Both the position numbers and the translations under genes were made by a program. A stretch of 32,000 nt of DNA from Aliivibrio fischeri ES114 (GTDB lineage Bacteria; Pseudomonadota; Gammaproteobacteria; Enterobacterales; Vibrionaceae): NCBI RefSeq assembly GCF_000011805.1, contig NC_006840.2. One strand, given 5' to 3'. The notes beneath the pieces are model-generated. The model was not told the origin of the DNA. It made no database searches and saw only the letters and a list, made by a program, of their open reading frames with translations. Of the stretch, positions 18,986 to 29,859 are shown piece by piece (the stretch's first letter is position 1; every line of letters starts with the position of its first letter).

Positions 18986-19699
18986 ATGCATGATAAAGAC
19001 AATGAATTAGAACTTGAGCGTGAACTTCATGAATTACCTATTATTTATCAATGGGAAGCTATTAGGTGCGATAGGGCTAGTTATGCTTTGCGCTGGATGA
19101 TTGCTATTGGTTCATCACTGTTTGTTTATGGTGGTTTCTATTTACTTATTAAAGATAGTGAGACGATAATTCCGTTATTGCTAATGGGTATAGCTATGGC
19201 TCTGGTATCACGTTATTTATTTTTTGCTGATGAGCATATTTGTTTTTATTTAACGAAAAAAGGCATTCACTTTACAACAGAGCAGATAATTCCTGAAATG
19301 GCGTATAAAGTGATGAGAGGCTTTGCTTGGTTTGGTGTGGTGGTAAGTTTTTTTGCTGTAACTATAATAGGGCCAATGGCTTTTATTGGAGCTGGCGCTT
19401 GTGCATTGCTGTCATTTAAAATGACAGGGTTTGAGTCAAAAATCAGCAAGTCATACATACTTTTTTCTGATGAATATACTTTATTTGATATTAGAACAGA
19501 GGATACTTTTGCAATTATAAGCCATCCATATGATTTATATGCTTCATACGAATGGTTATTTTATTTTCCTAAAGACCGAGAAGAGATAAAGAAGCATCTA
19601 TTAAGTGTATTTCGTAAAAGTAGATACGTTGAAATAAACCACCCTAAGGAAATAGATGACTACGGTCCATTTGAACCCTCTGAAGTAGTAAAATCATAA
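18986..19699 (+). CDS. Putative T6SS immunity protein 2, paralogue of the preceding ORF
   Basis: Shares GVVV..-AV--..GPMAF(V/I)GAGA(S/C)ALLSFK (21/29 identical by eye) and the same TM topology with ORF 18225-18956. Confidence 0.65.
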   Translation: MHDKDNELELERELHELPIIYQWEAIRCDRASYALRWMIAIGSSLFVYGGFYLLIKDSETIIPLLLMGIAMALVSRYLFFADEHICFYLTKKGIHFTTEQIIPEMAYKVMRGFAWFGVVVSFFAVTIIGPMAFIGAGACALLSFKMTGFESKISKSYILFSDEYTLFDIRTEDTFAIISHPYDLYASYEWLFYFPKDREEIKKHLLSVFRKSRYVEINHPKEIDDYGPFEPSEVVKS

Positions 19700-19710
19700 T
19701 ACAACAAACA

Positions 19711-19737
19711 TAAAAAAAGCGGCGATGATGCCGCTTT
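19711..19737 (-). terminator. Rho-independent terminator for the minus-strand TonB receptor
   Basis: On minus strand: AAAGCGGC-ATCATC-GCCGCTTT followed by TTTT run. Confidence 0.85.
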
Positions 19738-19768
19738 GAACTAGCCAATTAACGTTGAGTGCTATTTT

Positions 19769-21967
19769 TTAGAATTTATAATCTAACTCAATACCCCAGT
19801 TACGACCTGCTTGAGCTTTACGATCAATGCCATCATCGCCAGATTCAGTACCAATCATGTCGTTGTACAACCAGTACTGCTTATCAAACGCATTAAATAA
19901 ACCACCACGAAGTGTTAAATCCTTCATTGGTTTATAGTAGGCGGTTAGATCAACCAAGGTGTAACCTGCAACATTGATGTTTTCATGACCAACGTTTGAC
20001 CATTTATCTTTGCCTGCCACCATATTAATGTTTAATAAAGCACCGTAAGTGTAACCAACAGAGTCATAACCTAAGCCTAGGTTTGAAGTAAGAGGAGCAA
20101 CACTGTCTATCGGAGCCCCTGTCTTTTTATCTCGGCCTTCTGCGTAAGCAATGCTTAATTTAGAGTAAGTACCTTGAGGTGCATTGAAGGCTTCATCTAA
20201 TAAATACGTTGAGCTAAATTCAATACCATAAATTTCCGCTGAATCGATATTCTCTTTTGTATAATGCTCTTTACCATCGTTCGGGCCACCAACGACTTTA
20301 CCTAAGTATTGTTGATTGATGAAATCAGAATAATCATTATAGAAAGCGATTAATTCAAGTTGTGCGGCATTAGATTGAGCTCGAATACCTGCTTCATACG
20401 AAATACTGCTTTCCGCTTTTAGATCTGGGTTTGCATCGATGACAGCGCCACTATCGTAAAAGTAGTACATATCTTGCAGAGTCGGGGCTTTGAATCCTTG
20501 GCTAATTTGACCAAGTACGCTGAAATTATTATTAATATGGTAAACCGAGCCTAACTTAGCTGTGAAAGCGTCATTTTGGCTATCAGGATATTCTGTTTTA
20601 AAGCCTTCATTTGTTTCAGGTTCTGCTTTGAATGAGTCATAGCGTAAACCTGCTGTTAGCACTAATTGTTCATTGAATAAGAAAGCTTGGTCTTGTGCAA
20701 AAATACCGTATTGAGTCATTGTTGCATCAGGCATATCGGTATGACCTGGTCCAACGGTGCCTTTGTCGTATTTATAATCGGTGTTTTCAGTTGCGAACTT
20801 GTTTTGTCTAAAGCTTACACCATAAGTGATTTGATGGAATCCTTCTCCAAACTCGGCAATTTTATCAAATTGTGCGTCAAACTGGATAGAATCATCAGTA
20901 GCAATACGTTCACGCATACGACGACCACTACCATAAGGACCTGTTGAAGTATCGTAGTTTTCTGACAATGATTCAGTTTGTTGTACGTTTAATTTTGATT
21001 CTAGCGTATCGAATAATAAATTATTCGCTTGCCATTCGTGCTCTAAACCAACACGTAATCGAGTGTTTGTATCTTTATTGTAATTGTCATAATAAGTAAT
21101 GATTGGGGTGCCTCGACTCATCATCGAATAACCATTTTGTGATAATTCATCTTCATCGTATTGAGAGGTGAAGTATTCAACAGTAGCACCGATACGATGT
21201 GAATCGTTTAATTGGTAAAAGGCTTTAGCAAGAAGGTTACCGATTTGTGCATCGGCTGGGTTAGCAGCACCGCGATCAGGACCTTCAATATCAGCACCAT
21301 TTGAATGAGTTTGTGATTCATTGCCTTTTTTATACGTCAGCATGATAAGTGTTTCTAACTCTGCCGCACGCATTGCCCATGTGCCCGTTGTCTTTGAGCT
21401 TGTATCAATGCTGTTATAGCTGGTTTTTACTTCAAATGCGTTTTCGTCGCCATCGGTTCTTAAGATATCTTCAGGATTTTTCGTTTCCATTAGCACTGTT
21501 CCGCCAAGTGCATCTGAGCCGTATAGAGTAGAAGAAGGCCCTTTATTTACCTCAATTGCTTTTAGCGTATCTATTTCAATAGTGCTTGGGTATTTACGTT
21601 GTTCGTTTGCACCAGGGTTATAAGGCGTTGGTTGTTGAACACCATCAACTAACATTTTTATACGGCTGTCACTCATGCCGCGCACGGTAAAGCCTGATAG
21701 ACCAAAACGGCCACCGCCATTAGCCGAAACACCTGGAGTGTATTTCAGAGCATCTTGAATGTCGGTTGCCATTGTTTTTTCAATATCATCTGATGTGACT
21801 TTTGAAATTGAACTGGATGTGTCTTTAATGCTTTGCTCTGTACGAGTTGCAGAAACAACCACTTCATCAAACATGGTTGTTTCTTTATTTGATGAGGTTT
21901 CAGCCTGGAGAGTGGGAGATAGTGCAACGAGAATAGACGCTGCTAAAAATGTTTTTTTATTAGACAT
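19769..21967 (-). CDS. TonB-dependent outer-membrane receptor, probably haem/haemoprotein type (HutA/HupA/HutR-like)
   Basis: Signal peptide; TonB box region DEVVVSATRTEQSI; plug FTVRGMSDSRIKMLVDGVQQPTPYNPGANEQRKYPSTIEIDTLKAIEVNKGPSSTLYGSDALGGTVLMETK; barrel FKAPTLQDMYY...NPDLKAESSISYEAG; terminal aromatic LDYKF; Fur-like site upstream; proximity to hut genes. Confidence 0.85.
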   Translation of the reverse strand: MSNKKTFLAASILVALSPTLQAETSSNKETTMFDEVVVSATRTEQSIKDTSSSISKVTSDDIEKTMATDIQDALKYTPGVSANGGGRFGLSGFTVRGMSDSRIKMLVDGVQQPTPYNPGANEQRKYPSTIEIDTLKAIEVNKGPSSTLYGSDALGGTVLMETKNPEDILRTDGDENAFEVKTSYNSIDTSSKTTGTWAMRAAELETLIMLTYKKGNESQTHSNGADIEGPDRGAANPADAQIGNLLAKAFYQLNDSHRIGATVEYFTSQYDEDELSQNGYSMMSRGTPIITYYDNYNKDTNTRLRVGLEHEWQANNLLFDTLESKLNVQQTESLSENYDTSTGPYGSGRRMRERIATDDSIQFDAQFDKIAEFGEGFHQITYGVSFRQNKFATENTDYKYDKGTVGPGHTDMPDATMTQYGIFAQDQAFLFNEQLVLTAGLRYDSFKAEPETNEGFKTEYPDSQNDAFTAKLGSVYHINNNFSVLGQISQGFKAPTLQDMYYFYDSGAVIDANPDLKAESSISYEAGIRAQSNAAQLELIAFYNDYSDFINQQYLGKVVGGPNDGKEHYTKENIDSAEIYGIEFSSTYLLDEAFNAPQGTYSKLSIAYAEGRDKKTGAPIDSVAPLTSNLGLGYDSVGYTYGALLNINMVAGKDKWSNVGHENINVAGYTLVDLTAYYKPMKDLTLRGGLFNAFDKQYWLYNDMIGTESGDDGIDRKAQAGRNWGIELDYKF

Positions 21968-22022
21968 GAATTTTTCCTTTGAAGTTGTCCTCTCATAATT
22001 GCCGGAGATAATACATATTACG

Positions 22023-22048
22023 AATGATAATTACTATCATTTTCATTT
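22023..22048. promoter_or_regulatory. Candidate Fur box upstream of the TonB receptor
   Basis: AATGATAATTACTATCATT (22023-22041), a near-perfect 9-1-9 palindrome, extended by TTCATTT. Confidence 0.85.
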
Positions 22049-22271
22049 GATCTTTTCGTTTTTTGTTCTATGGCAGCAAAAATTGATTTGAAATAGGGAA
22101 GAAAGACAGTGGAGAAGAAAGAAATAGTGCAGATAGGGTAAGCAATTGGTTAAGAAAAGCACTTTTTTCTATTAGATTGAATATTTTATCTAATTCAATT
22201 TGGATTTAGCGCTGTGATTTATTACTATGTGTTGTTATATGTATTTTACTCGCAACGGATACCACCTATAA

Positions 22272-23270
<999 letters not shown>

Positions 23271-23287
23271 TTCGGGGCTAGAAACTT

Positions 23288-25675
23288 ATGAAATTCAGTG
23301 AATCTTGGCTACGCGAGTGGGTTAAACCTGCTATTAACAGCGAAGAGCTAGCTCACCAAATCACAATGGCTGGTTTGGAAGTTGATGAAGTTGCACCTGT
23401 TGCTGGTGAGTTCACCGGCGTTAAAGTAGGTAAAGTGGTTGAGTGTGGTCAACACCCAGACGCAGACAAACTTCGTGTAACTAAAATTGATATCGGCGAA
23501 GAAGAGCTTTTAGACATCGTTTGTGGTGCATCTAACTGTCGTCTTGGACTAACGGTTGCAGTTGCGACTGTTGGCGCAGTACTTCCTGGTAACTTCAAAA
23601 TTAAGAAAGCAAAACTACGTGGTGTTCCATCACACGGTATGCTTTGTTCTTTCTCTGAGCTAGGTATCGATGTTGAATCTGAAGGTATTTTAGAATTACC
23701 TGAAGGTACAACACTAGGTGCAGATGTTCGTGATATTTTAGAACTTAACGACGTTGCTATCGACGTTGACTTAACAGCAAACCGTGCTGACTGTTTCAGC
23801 ATTCGTGGTTTAGCTCGTGAAGTAGGAGTTCTTAACCGTGCAGACGTTACAGAACCTACTATTGCGGCAGTAGCGACAAGCATTGAAGATGCAGTATCTA
23901 TTGAAGTTAAAGCAACTGAAGCGTGTCCACGTTACCTTGGTCGTGTTATCAAGAACGTAAACGCTAAAGCTGAAACACCAATTTGGATGCAAGAGAAACT
24001 GCGTCGTTGTGGTATTCGCTCAATCGATGCGATTGTTGATATTACAAACTACGTAATGCTTGAGCAAGGCCAACCTATGCACGCGTTTGATCTAGCTAAG
24101 ATCGACGGTGGCATTGTGGTTCGTATGGCTGAGCAAGATGAGAAACTGACTCTTCTTGATGGCAACGAAGCAAAATTAAACGACAACACATTAGTGATTG
24201 CAGACCAAAATAAAGCACTAGCAATCGCTGGTATCTTTGGTGGTCAAGAGTCTGGTGTTACTTCTGAAACAACTGACATCATGCTTGAGTGTGCATTCTT
24301 CGCACCTGATCACATCCGTGGTCGTGCACGTGCATACGGTCTACACACTGATTCTTCTCTACGTTTTGAACGTGGTGTTGATTCAACGCTACAAGCAGCA
24401 GCAATGGAGCGCGCAACACAGCTTCTAGTTGAACTTTGTGGTGGTGAAGTAGCTCCTGTTGTTGCTGTTGAATCAGAAGCTGATTTACCAAAAGCAAACA
24501 CAGTTGAATTACGTCGTAGTAAGTTAGATGGTCTATTAGGTCATCACATCCCATCAACAGATGTGGTTGAGATCCTTACTCGTCTAGGTTGTGCAGTTGA
24601 AAGTACTGACACAGGTTGGACTGCAAGCTCTCCATCATGGCGTTTTGATATTGCAATCGAGCAAGACCTAATTGAAGAAGTAGGTCGTATCTACGGTTAC
24701 AATAACATTCCTAACCAAGCGCCTGTTGCTGCACTTAACATGAACGATCACAAAGAAGCAAACCAACCGCTTAAGCGTGTTCGTGATCTTCTTGTTGACC
24801 GTGGTTACCACGAAGCAATTACCTACAGCTTTGTAGAGCCAGAGCAACAAAAACTGATCGTGCCTGAGATTGAGCCGTTAATTCTGCCATTCCCAATCTC
24901 AGCTGAAATGTCAGCAATGCGTTTAAGCCTATGGACTGGTTTGATCAATACCGTTGTTCATAACCAAAAACGTCAACAACCACGCGTTCGTTTATTCGAA
25001 TCTGGTCTGCGTTTTATTCCAGAAGAATCAGCAGAAAACGGCATGCGTCAAGAAATGATGCTTGCTGGTATCATCGCTGGTACTCGTGGTGAAGAACACT
25101 GGGATATCGCAACAAACACAGTTGATTTCTTTGATCTTAAAGGCGATTTAGAAGCGGTTCTTGAACTAACTGCTAATGAATTAGCGTATGAGTTTAAAGC
25201 GGCTAAGCACCCAGCACTTCACCCAGGCCAAACAGCAGCTATCGTTGTTGATGGTAAAGAAGTTGGTTTCATTGGTACAGTACACCCAGAGCTAGAGCGT
25301 AAGTTTGGCTTAAACGGTCGTACAATCATGTTTGAAATCGAGTGGGACGCAATCAATACTCGCGTTATTCCAGAAGCTGCATCAGTATCTAAGTTCCCTG
25401 CAAACCGTCGTGATATCGCGATCGTTGCAGACGAAGCAATTGCTTCTGGTGACATCGTTGCTGAATGTCTAGCATCAGGTGGCGAGCTATTAACTAGCGC
25501 GAAACTGTTCGATGTTTACCGTGGTCAAGGCGTTGAAGAAGGTAAGAAGAGTCTTGCAATCGCACTGACACTTCAATCTGTTGAGCGTACGCTAGAAGAG
25601 GCTGATATCACTTCAGCTGTTGATGCTATCGTTGCTGCAATTGGTGAGAAGTTCTCAGCAACACTGCGTGACTAA
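23288..25675 (+). CDS. pheT: Phenylalanyl-tRNA synthetase beta subunit
   Basis: [33 protein letters not shown]..., 795 aa, directly downstream of pheS. Confidence 0.98.
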   Translation: MKFSESWLREWVKPAINSEELAHQITMAGLEVDEVAPVAGEFTGVKVGKVVECGQHPDADKLRVTKIDIGEEELLDIVCGASNCRLGLTVAVATVGAVLPGNFKIKKAKLRGVPSHGMLCSFSELGIDVESEGILELPEGTTLGADVRDILELNDVAIDVDLTANRADCFSIRGLAREVGVLNRADVTEPTIAAVATSIEDAVSIEVKATEACPRYLGRVIKNVNAKAETPIWMQEKLRRCGIRSIDAIVDITNYVMLEQGQPMHAFDLAKIDGGIVVRMAEQDEKLTLLDGNEAKLNDNTLVIADQNKALAIAGIFGGQESGVTSETTDIMLECAFFAPDHIRGRARAYGLHTDSSLRFERGVDSTLQAAAMERATQLLVELCGGEVAPVVAVESEADLPKANTVELRRSKLDGLLGHHIPSTDVVEILTRLGCAVESTDTGWTASSPSWRFDIAIEQDLIEEVGRIYGYNNIPNQAPVAALNMNDHKEANQPLKRVRDLLVDRGYHEAITYSFVEPEQQKLIVPEIEPLILPFPISAEMSAMRLSLWTGLINTVVHNQKRQQPRVRLFESGLRFIPEESAENGMRQEMMLAGIIAGTRGEEHWDIATNTVDFFDLKGDLEAVLELTANELAYEFKAAKHPALHPGQTAAIVVDGKEVGFIGTVHPELERKFGLNGRTIMFEIEWDAINTRVIPEAASVSKFPANRRDIAIVADEAIASGDIVAECLASGGELLTSAKLFDVYRGQGVEEGKKSLAIALTLQSVERTLEEADITSAVDAIVAAIGEKFSATLRD

Positions 25676-25705
25676 TATACTTCTTTTTTAACGAAAGAAT
25701 ATAAG

Positions 25706-25742
25706 ATCCAGTACTGACATTTGTTGGTACTGGATTTTTTTT
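25706..25742 (+). terminator. Rho-independent terminator after pheT
   Basis: ATCCAGTAC-TGACATTTGTTG-GTACTGGAT followed by TTTTTT. Confidence 0.9.
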
Positions 25743-26264
25743 ATTCAAAATTTAAGATTTATAAATTAATCTTGATAACACATTCATGCATCTTATGTGA
25801 AACATATTAACTCCACCTTATTAACGCTAAATCAGTAAAGAAATAGGCGCTTTCAGTATATAATCCTGAAACCACAATAAGCGTGAGTTTATGGTTATTT
25901 AGCGGCTAAAACTAACTACAACATAATCATATAGATGGACTATCTTCAAATTTATTAATAAAAGTTTGGCCTTTATCACAGAGTTAAAAACAGAGTTTTA
26001 TCCTGTAATTTTTAAATATTTAGATTTAGATATCATTTCAATAACTTAGCATGGCAAATAATAAGAGATTTCAGTAGATAAGACTTATAAACTTGATCTT
26101 TATCTCATAAATGCAGCATTAAATTTTAGAAAAAAGTTGGCGAAAATCAGTCGGTTGGCATACACTGTCATTAGTTAAACAATGCAGATGCATCGTACTA
26201 ACTGTTCAGTTTCCAGTTACAGCAATGCTGTGACTCTGTCTAACGTAACTTGAGGGTAGTTTTT

Positions 26265-26561
26265 ATGGCACTCACTAAAGCTGATTTGGCTGAGACCTTA
26301 TTTGAAAAAGTTGGATTAAGTAAACGCGACGCCAAGGAAACGGTAGAAGTATTTTTCGAAGAGATTAAGCAAGCTCTAGAGAGTGGTGAGCAAGTGAAAT
26401 TATCAGGATTTGGTAATTTTGACTTACGCGAAAAGAGTGAGCGTCCTGGACGTAACCCAAAAACTGGGGAAGATATTCCAATTTCTGCACGCCGAGTTGT
26501 AACATTCAAACCGGGTCAGAAGCTGAAAGCTCGTGTAGAGAATCTACCTGTAGAAAAATAG
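26265..26561 (+). CDS. ihfA: Integration host factor subunit alpha (98 aa, ATG 26265)
   Basis: [88 protein letters not shown]; GAGGG RBS upstream of ATG 26265 (track start TTG 26250 is less likely). Confidence 0.97.
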   Translation: MALTKADLAETLFEKVGLSKRDAKETVEVFFEEIKQALESGEQVKLSGFGNFDLREKSERPGRNPKTGEDIPISARRVVTFKPGQKLKARVENLPVEK

Positions 26562-26588
26562 TCTTGCCATTTTAGGCGAACAAGAGAG

Positions 26589-26624
26589 AAGCCGTGTGAT
26601 GCAGTTAATCACATGGCTTTTTTA
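26589..26624 (+). terminator. Rho-independent terminator after ihfA
   Basis: AAGCCGTGTGAT-GCAGTTA-ATCACATGGCTT followed by TTTT. Confidence 0.85.
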
Positions 26625-26660
26625 TTGCCTGTAATATTAATTCTATGAAGTGAAAGGTTT

Positions 26661-26913
26661 ATACCAATCGTAGTATAACTGCGTTGAATTTTTTGATTGT
26701 AGAATAACGACTTATCGAAACTATTTATTGAAAAGTGCCGCCTGGTTCCCAAGCATTTTTGCTGCGTTATTTCTGATCATTTACTTACAGTGGTTGGTTT
26801 TATTCAGGTTGTTATCACATATTTGTTTTTAATTTGTTATTGTTTTGTTTTTGTAATGGTACAGTTTTTAGTATTAAGTTTTACTAAAAACAGGAAGTGC
26901 CGATGGATCGCAT
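26661..26913. repeat. Possible MITE/palindromic interspersed repeat, copy 2 (divergent)
   Basis: ATACCAATCGTAG..., AAGCATTTTTGCTG..., TTACTTACAGTGGTTGGTTTTAT..., then GGAAGTGCCGATGGATCGCAT; same landmarks and order as 11752-11969. Confidence 0.35.
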
Positions 26914-27895
26914 TGCATTTATTAAAGACACACTGGATTTCTCTAAGCCAATAAAGAGCACAACTTGGTTATTAAGCAATGGAACGCAAGTTAACCATTT
27001 AGCTAGAGGAATCATCGAAATTGTTCCTAAAAATCCATCAAGTAAAGCAATCGTTTTATCTTCAGGTATTCATGGAAATGAAACATCACCAATTGAAATC
27101 CTTAATGACATAATCAATGATATTCAAGGTGGCCTGTTAGTATTGCAACATCCATGTTTGTTTATCTATGGACACCCAGCAGCAACGCATCAACATATTC
27201 GATTCATTGATACCAATTTAAACCGATTGTTTTCACACCACCAAGCACCAGACGATGCTATTCAAGAAGTCGCTATTGCTAATCAATTAATGTCTTCTGT
27301 TGATGATTTCTATGCTAAATATTCTGAAAAAGAAAAATGGCATTTAGATCTGCATTGTGCGATTAGGCGTTCTAAACATTATACTTTTGCAATACATCCT
27401 TTTAATCGTCATTACCAACGCTCTGAACCATTACTTCAATTTTTAAAACAGAGTCAGATAGAGGCGTGTTTATATTCAGACGCGCCGGCATCTACTTTTA
27501 GTTGGTACAGTGCAGAGCATCATGGAGCACATGCGGCAACGGTTGAGCTAGGGAAGGTATCTCGAATGGGAGAGAATGATGTTTTGTTGCTGAGTGGTTT
27601 TATTCAAGAGTTAAAGCGATTTATTTCTTCTTCAGATACGAATGCTATGGAGCCAAGTAATAGAGAGATTGTTGAGTATCAAGTCACTCGAAGCATTATG
27701 AAAAAAAGCGATGAATTTGAGTTCTCTTTTGCAGCGGATTTATCAAATTTTACCTATTTTGAAGAGGGCGAGTCATTAGCTCTTGATGGTGTTGACCACT
27801 ACAAAGCAAATAGTGGTGGTGAATCGGTTGTATTTCCTAACGCCAATGTAGAGATTGGCCATAGAGCGTGTTTGCTTGTACAAAAGTGTAAATAA
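26903..27895 (+). CDS. astE: Succinylglutamate desuccinylase/aspartoacylase family protein (AstE-like)
   Basis: RGIIEIVPKNPSSKAIVLSSGIHGNETSPIEILNDII...HLDLHCAIRRSKHYTFAI...STFSWYSAEHHGAHAATVELGKVSRMGEN. AGGAA directly abuts the track GTG (26897), so ATG 26903 is the better start. Confidence 0.88.
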   Translation: MDRIAFIKDTLDFSKPIKSTTWLLSNGTQVNHLARGIIEIVPKNPSSKAIVLSSGIHGNETSPIEILNDIINDIQGGLLVLQHPCLFIYGHPAATHQHIRFIDTNLNRLFSHHQAPDDAIQEVAIANQLMSSVDDFYAKYSEKEKWHLDLHCAIRRSKHYTFAIHPFNRHYQRSEPLLQFLKQSQIEACLYSDAPASTFSWYSAEHHGAHAATVELGKVSRMGENDVLLLSGFIQELKRFISSSDTNAMEPSNREIVEYQVTRSIMKKSDEFEFSFAADLSNFTYFEEGESLALDGVDHYKANSGGESVVFPNANVEIGHRACLLVQKCK

Positions 27896-27993
27896 TATGC
27901 TTATCTGTCTTATAAATTGAGTCGATGAAGTGGAAGGCTTTACCTTGGACAGTAGCTTGATATGATAGAGAAAAAATAAATAAGGGCACTATT

Positions 27994-29778
27994 ATGACAG
28001 CACCAAGCTGGGATCTTTCTATCGCATTCCAATCACTTCAAGATCCAAAATTAAAACAGACCATTTCTCAATTAGAGCAACAGATTGCCGATTTCCCACA
28101 GTTAGACTCTGATGCCGCTGTATCGCAATTGCAGCACGCTATTTTAATGAAAGAAGCTATCACTGTGAATCTTGCAACCGTGGCCAGCTATGCAAACTGC
28201 ATTGCCTCGGTTGATTCTGCGAATAACGAAGCAAAAGCCTTAGTTAATCACATGACAAAGCTAGGCTCTGCATTATCACAAGTATTCAGCCCATTTTTAG
28301 ATAGTATCGTAAATTCACCTCTTGAACAGTTTGAGCAGATCATTTCAGAAAATGAAGAACTGAATGCACATCGTTTTCTGCTTGAAGAAGAGCGCAAGCT
28401 TGTTGAAAACCGCTTAAGTGTAAAAGAAGAGCAATTGCTGTCTGCGATGAGTGTTGATGGTAAAAATGCATGGGGTAAGTTATACGATAATATAACAGGC
28501 TCTATGAAGGTCACATTGGTACTGGCTGATGGTACAGAAGAAGTGATGGGACTGTCACAAGCAGCAAGCATTTTATACGGCAGTGATACCTTACGTAGAG
28601 AACCTGCGTGGCGAGCGATTCAACAAGGTATGAAACAGAATCAAGAGAGTTTCTCTGCCATCTTAAATGCGTTAGCGGGTTGGCGTTTAACGGAATATCA
28701 AAAGCGCAGTAAAGAAAAATCGGTTCACTTTCTTGAGCCAAGTTTACATGGCAGCCGAATCGAACAAGCGACACTAGATAGTATGATGTCTGTGGCGAAA
28801 AAGAATCGAGAAGTAGGACAAAAAGCTGGGCGATTAATGGCCAAAATGTTTGGAGCAGAGCAGCTAACGCCTTGGGATCAACTTGCATCAATGCCACCAT
28901 TAGTTGGAGAGGCTTCTAATTATAGTTTTGATGAAGCCATTGATATCATAAAAGATGCATTTTCAGGTGTATCACAAGAGATGGCTGATTTTGTTGATGT
29001 AATGGTGAAAAACGGTTGGATAGATGCCGCACCACAAGAAACCAAACGTCTTGGTGCTTACTGCACAAAGTTTGCTGACTCACGTACGCCATTGGTCTTC
29101 ATGACGTGGGGTGACAGCATGTCTGATGTGCTTACTCTTGCTCACGAACTCGGTCATGCGTTTCATAACTGGGTAATGCGAGATATGCCATTGTGCACGA
29201 CACGCTACCCAATGACACTTGCCGAGACAGCATCTATATTTGCTGAAAACGTAGTACGTGATGCTTTGCTTGCAAAAGCGAAAACCAAAGAAGATAAAAT
29301 TGAAATGTTATGGGAAGAGTTGTCATCAGCATTAGCATTGACGATTAATATTCCAGTTCGTTATGAGTTTGAAAAAGCATTTTATGAGCAGCGTTCATCA
29401 AAAGAGCTTGGTGCTGAAGGTTTATCTGAGCTAATGCGTGTCACTTGGGAAGAGTGGTATGGTAACTCAATGAGTGAAGCAGATTCACTTTTCTGGGCAA
29501 GCAAATTGCATTTCAGTATTCCTGAAGTAAGTTTCTACAACTACCCATACTTATTTGGTTATTTATTCAGTATTGGTGTGTACGCACAAAGAGAAGCGAA
29601 AGGGGCTGATTTCTATGGAGATTATATTAATCTTTTAAGAGATACAGGAACCATGCGAGCTGAAGAAGTGGTACAAAAACACCTACAAATGGACTTAACA
29701 CAAGAGACATTTTGGCAGCAGAGTTTGGATAGAGTTAGTAATCAAATTGACGAATTTGAACGTTTGATTAGTGAATAG
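27994..29778 (+). CDS. M3 family oligoendopeptidase (PepF-like)
   Basis: Zinc protease motif LAHELGHAFHNWVMRDMPLCTTRYPMTLAETASIFAE; 594 aa; M3B-like N-terminal helical region. Confidence 0.9.
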   Translation: MTAPSWDLSIAFQSLQDPKLKQTISQLEQQIADFPQLDSDAAVSQLQHAILMKEAITVNLATVASYANCIASVDSANNEAKALVNHMTKLGSALSQVFSPFLDSIVNSPLEQFEQIISENEELNAHRFLLEEERKLVENRLSVKEEQLLSAMSVDGKNAWGKLYDNITGSMKVTLVLADGTEEVMGLSQAASILYGSDTLRREPAWRAIQQGMKQNQESFSAILNALAGWRLTEYQKRSKEKSVHFLEPSLHGSRIEQATLDSMMSVAKKNREVGQKAGRLMAKMFGAEQLTPWDQLASMPPLVGEASNYSFDEAIDIIKDAFSGVSQEMADFVDVMVKNGWIDAAPQETKRLGAYCTKFADSRTPLVFMTWGDSMSDVLTLAHELGHAFHNWVMRDMPLCTTRYPMTLAETASIFAENVVRDALLAKAKTKEDKIEMLWEELSSALALTINIPVRYEFEKAFYEQRSSKELGAEGLSELMRVTWEEWYGNSMSEADSLFWASKLHFSIPEVSFYNYPYLFGYLFSIGVYAQREAKGADFYGDYINLLRDTGTMRAEEVVQKHLQMDLTQETFWQQSLDRVSNQIDEFERLISE

Positions 29779-29796
29779 AATTGAACAGTAAATAAT

Positions 29797-29833
29797 AAAA
29801 AGCGCCTCACTGAAAAGTAGAGGCGCTTTTTTT
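29797..29833. terminator. Bidirectional terminator between convergent genes
   Basis: AAAAGCGCCTC-ACTGAAAAGTA-GAGGCGCTTTT with flanking A/T runs on both sides. Confidence 0.9.
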
Positions 29834-29859
29834 ATCTATCAAACTTAAACTAACAGTAA

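Noticed and set aside
23449-25455. Several antisense/alternate-frame ORFs within pheT (144, 92, 78, 63 aa etc.)
   Set aside because: Shadow ORFs in a highly conserved gene, expected from codon usage.
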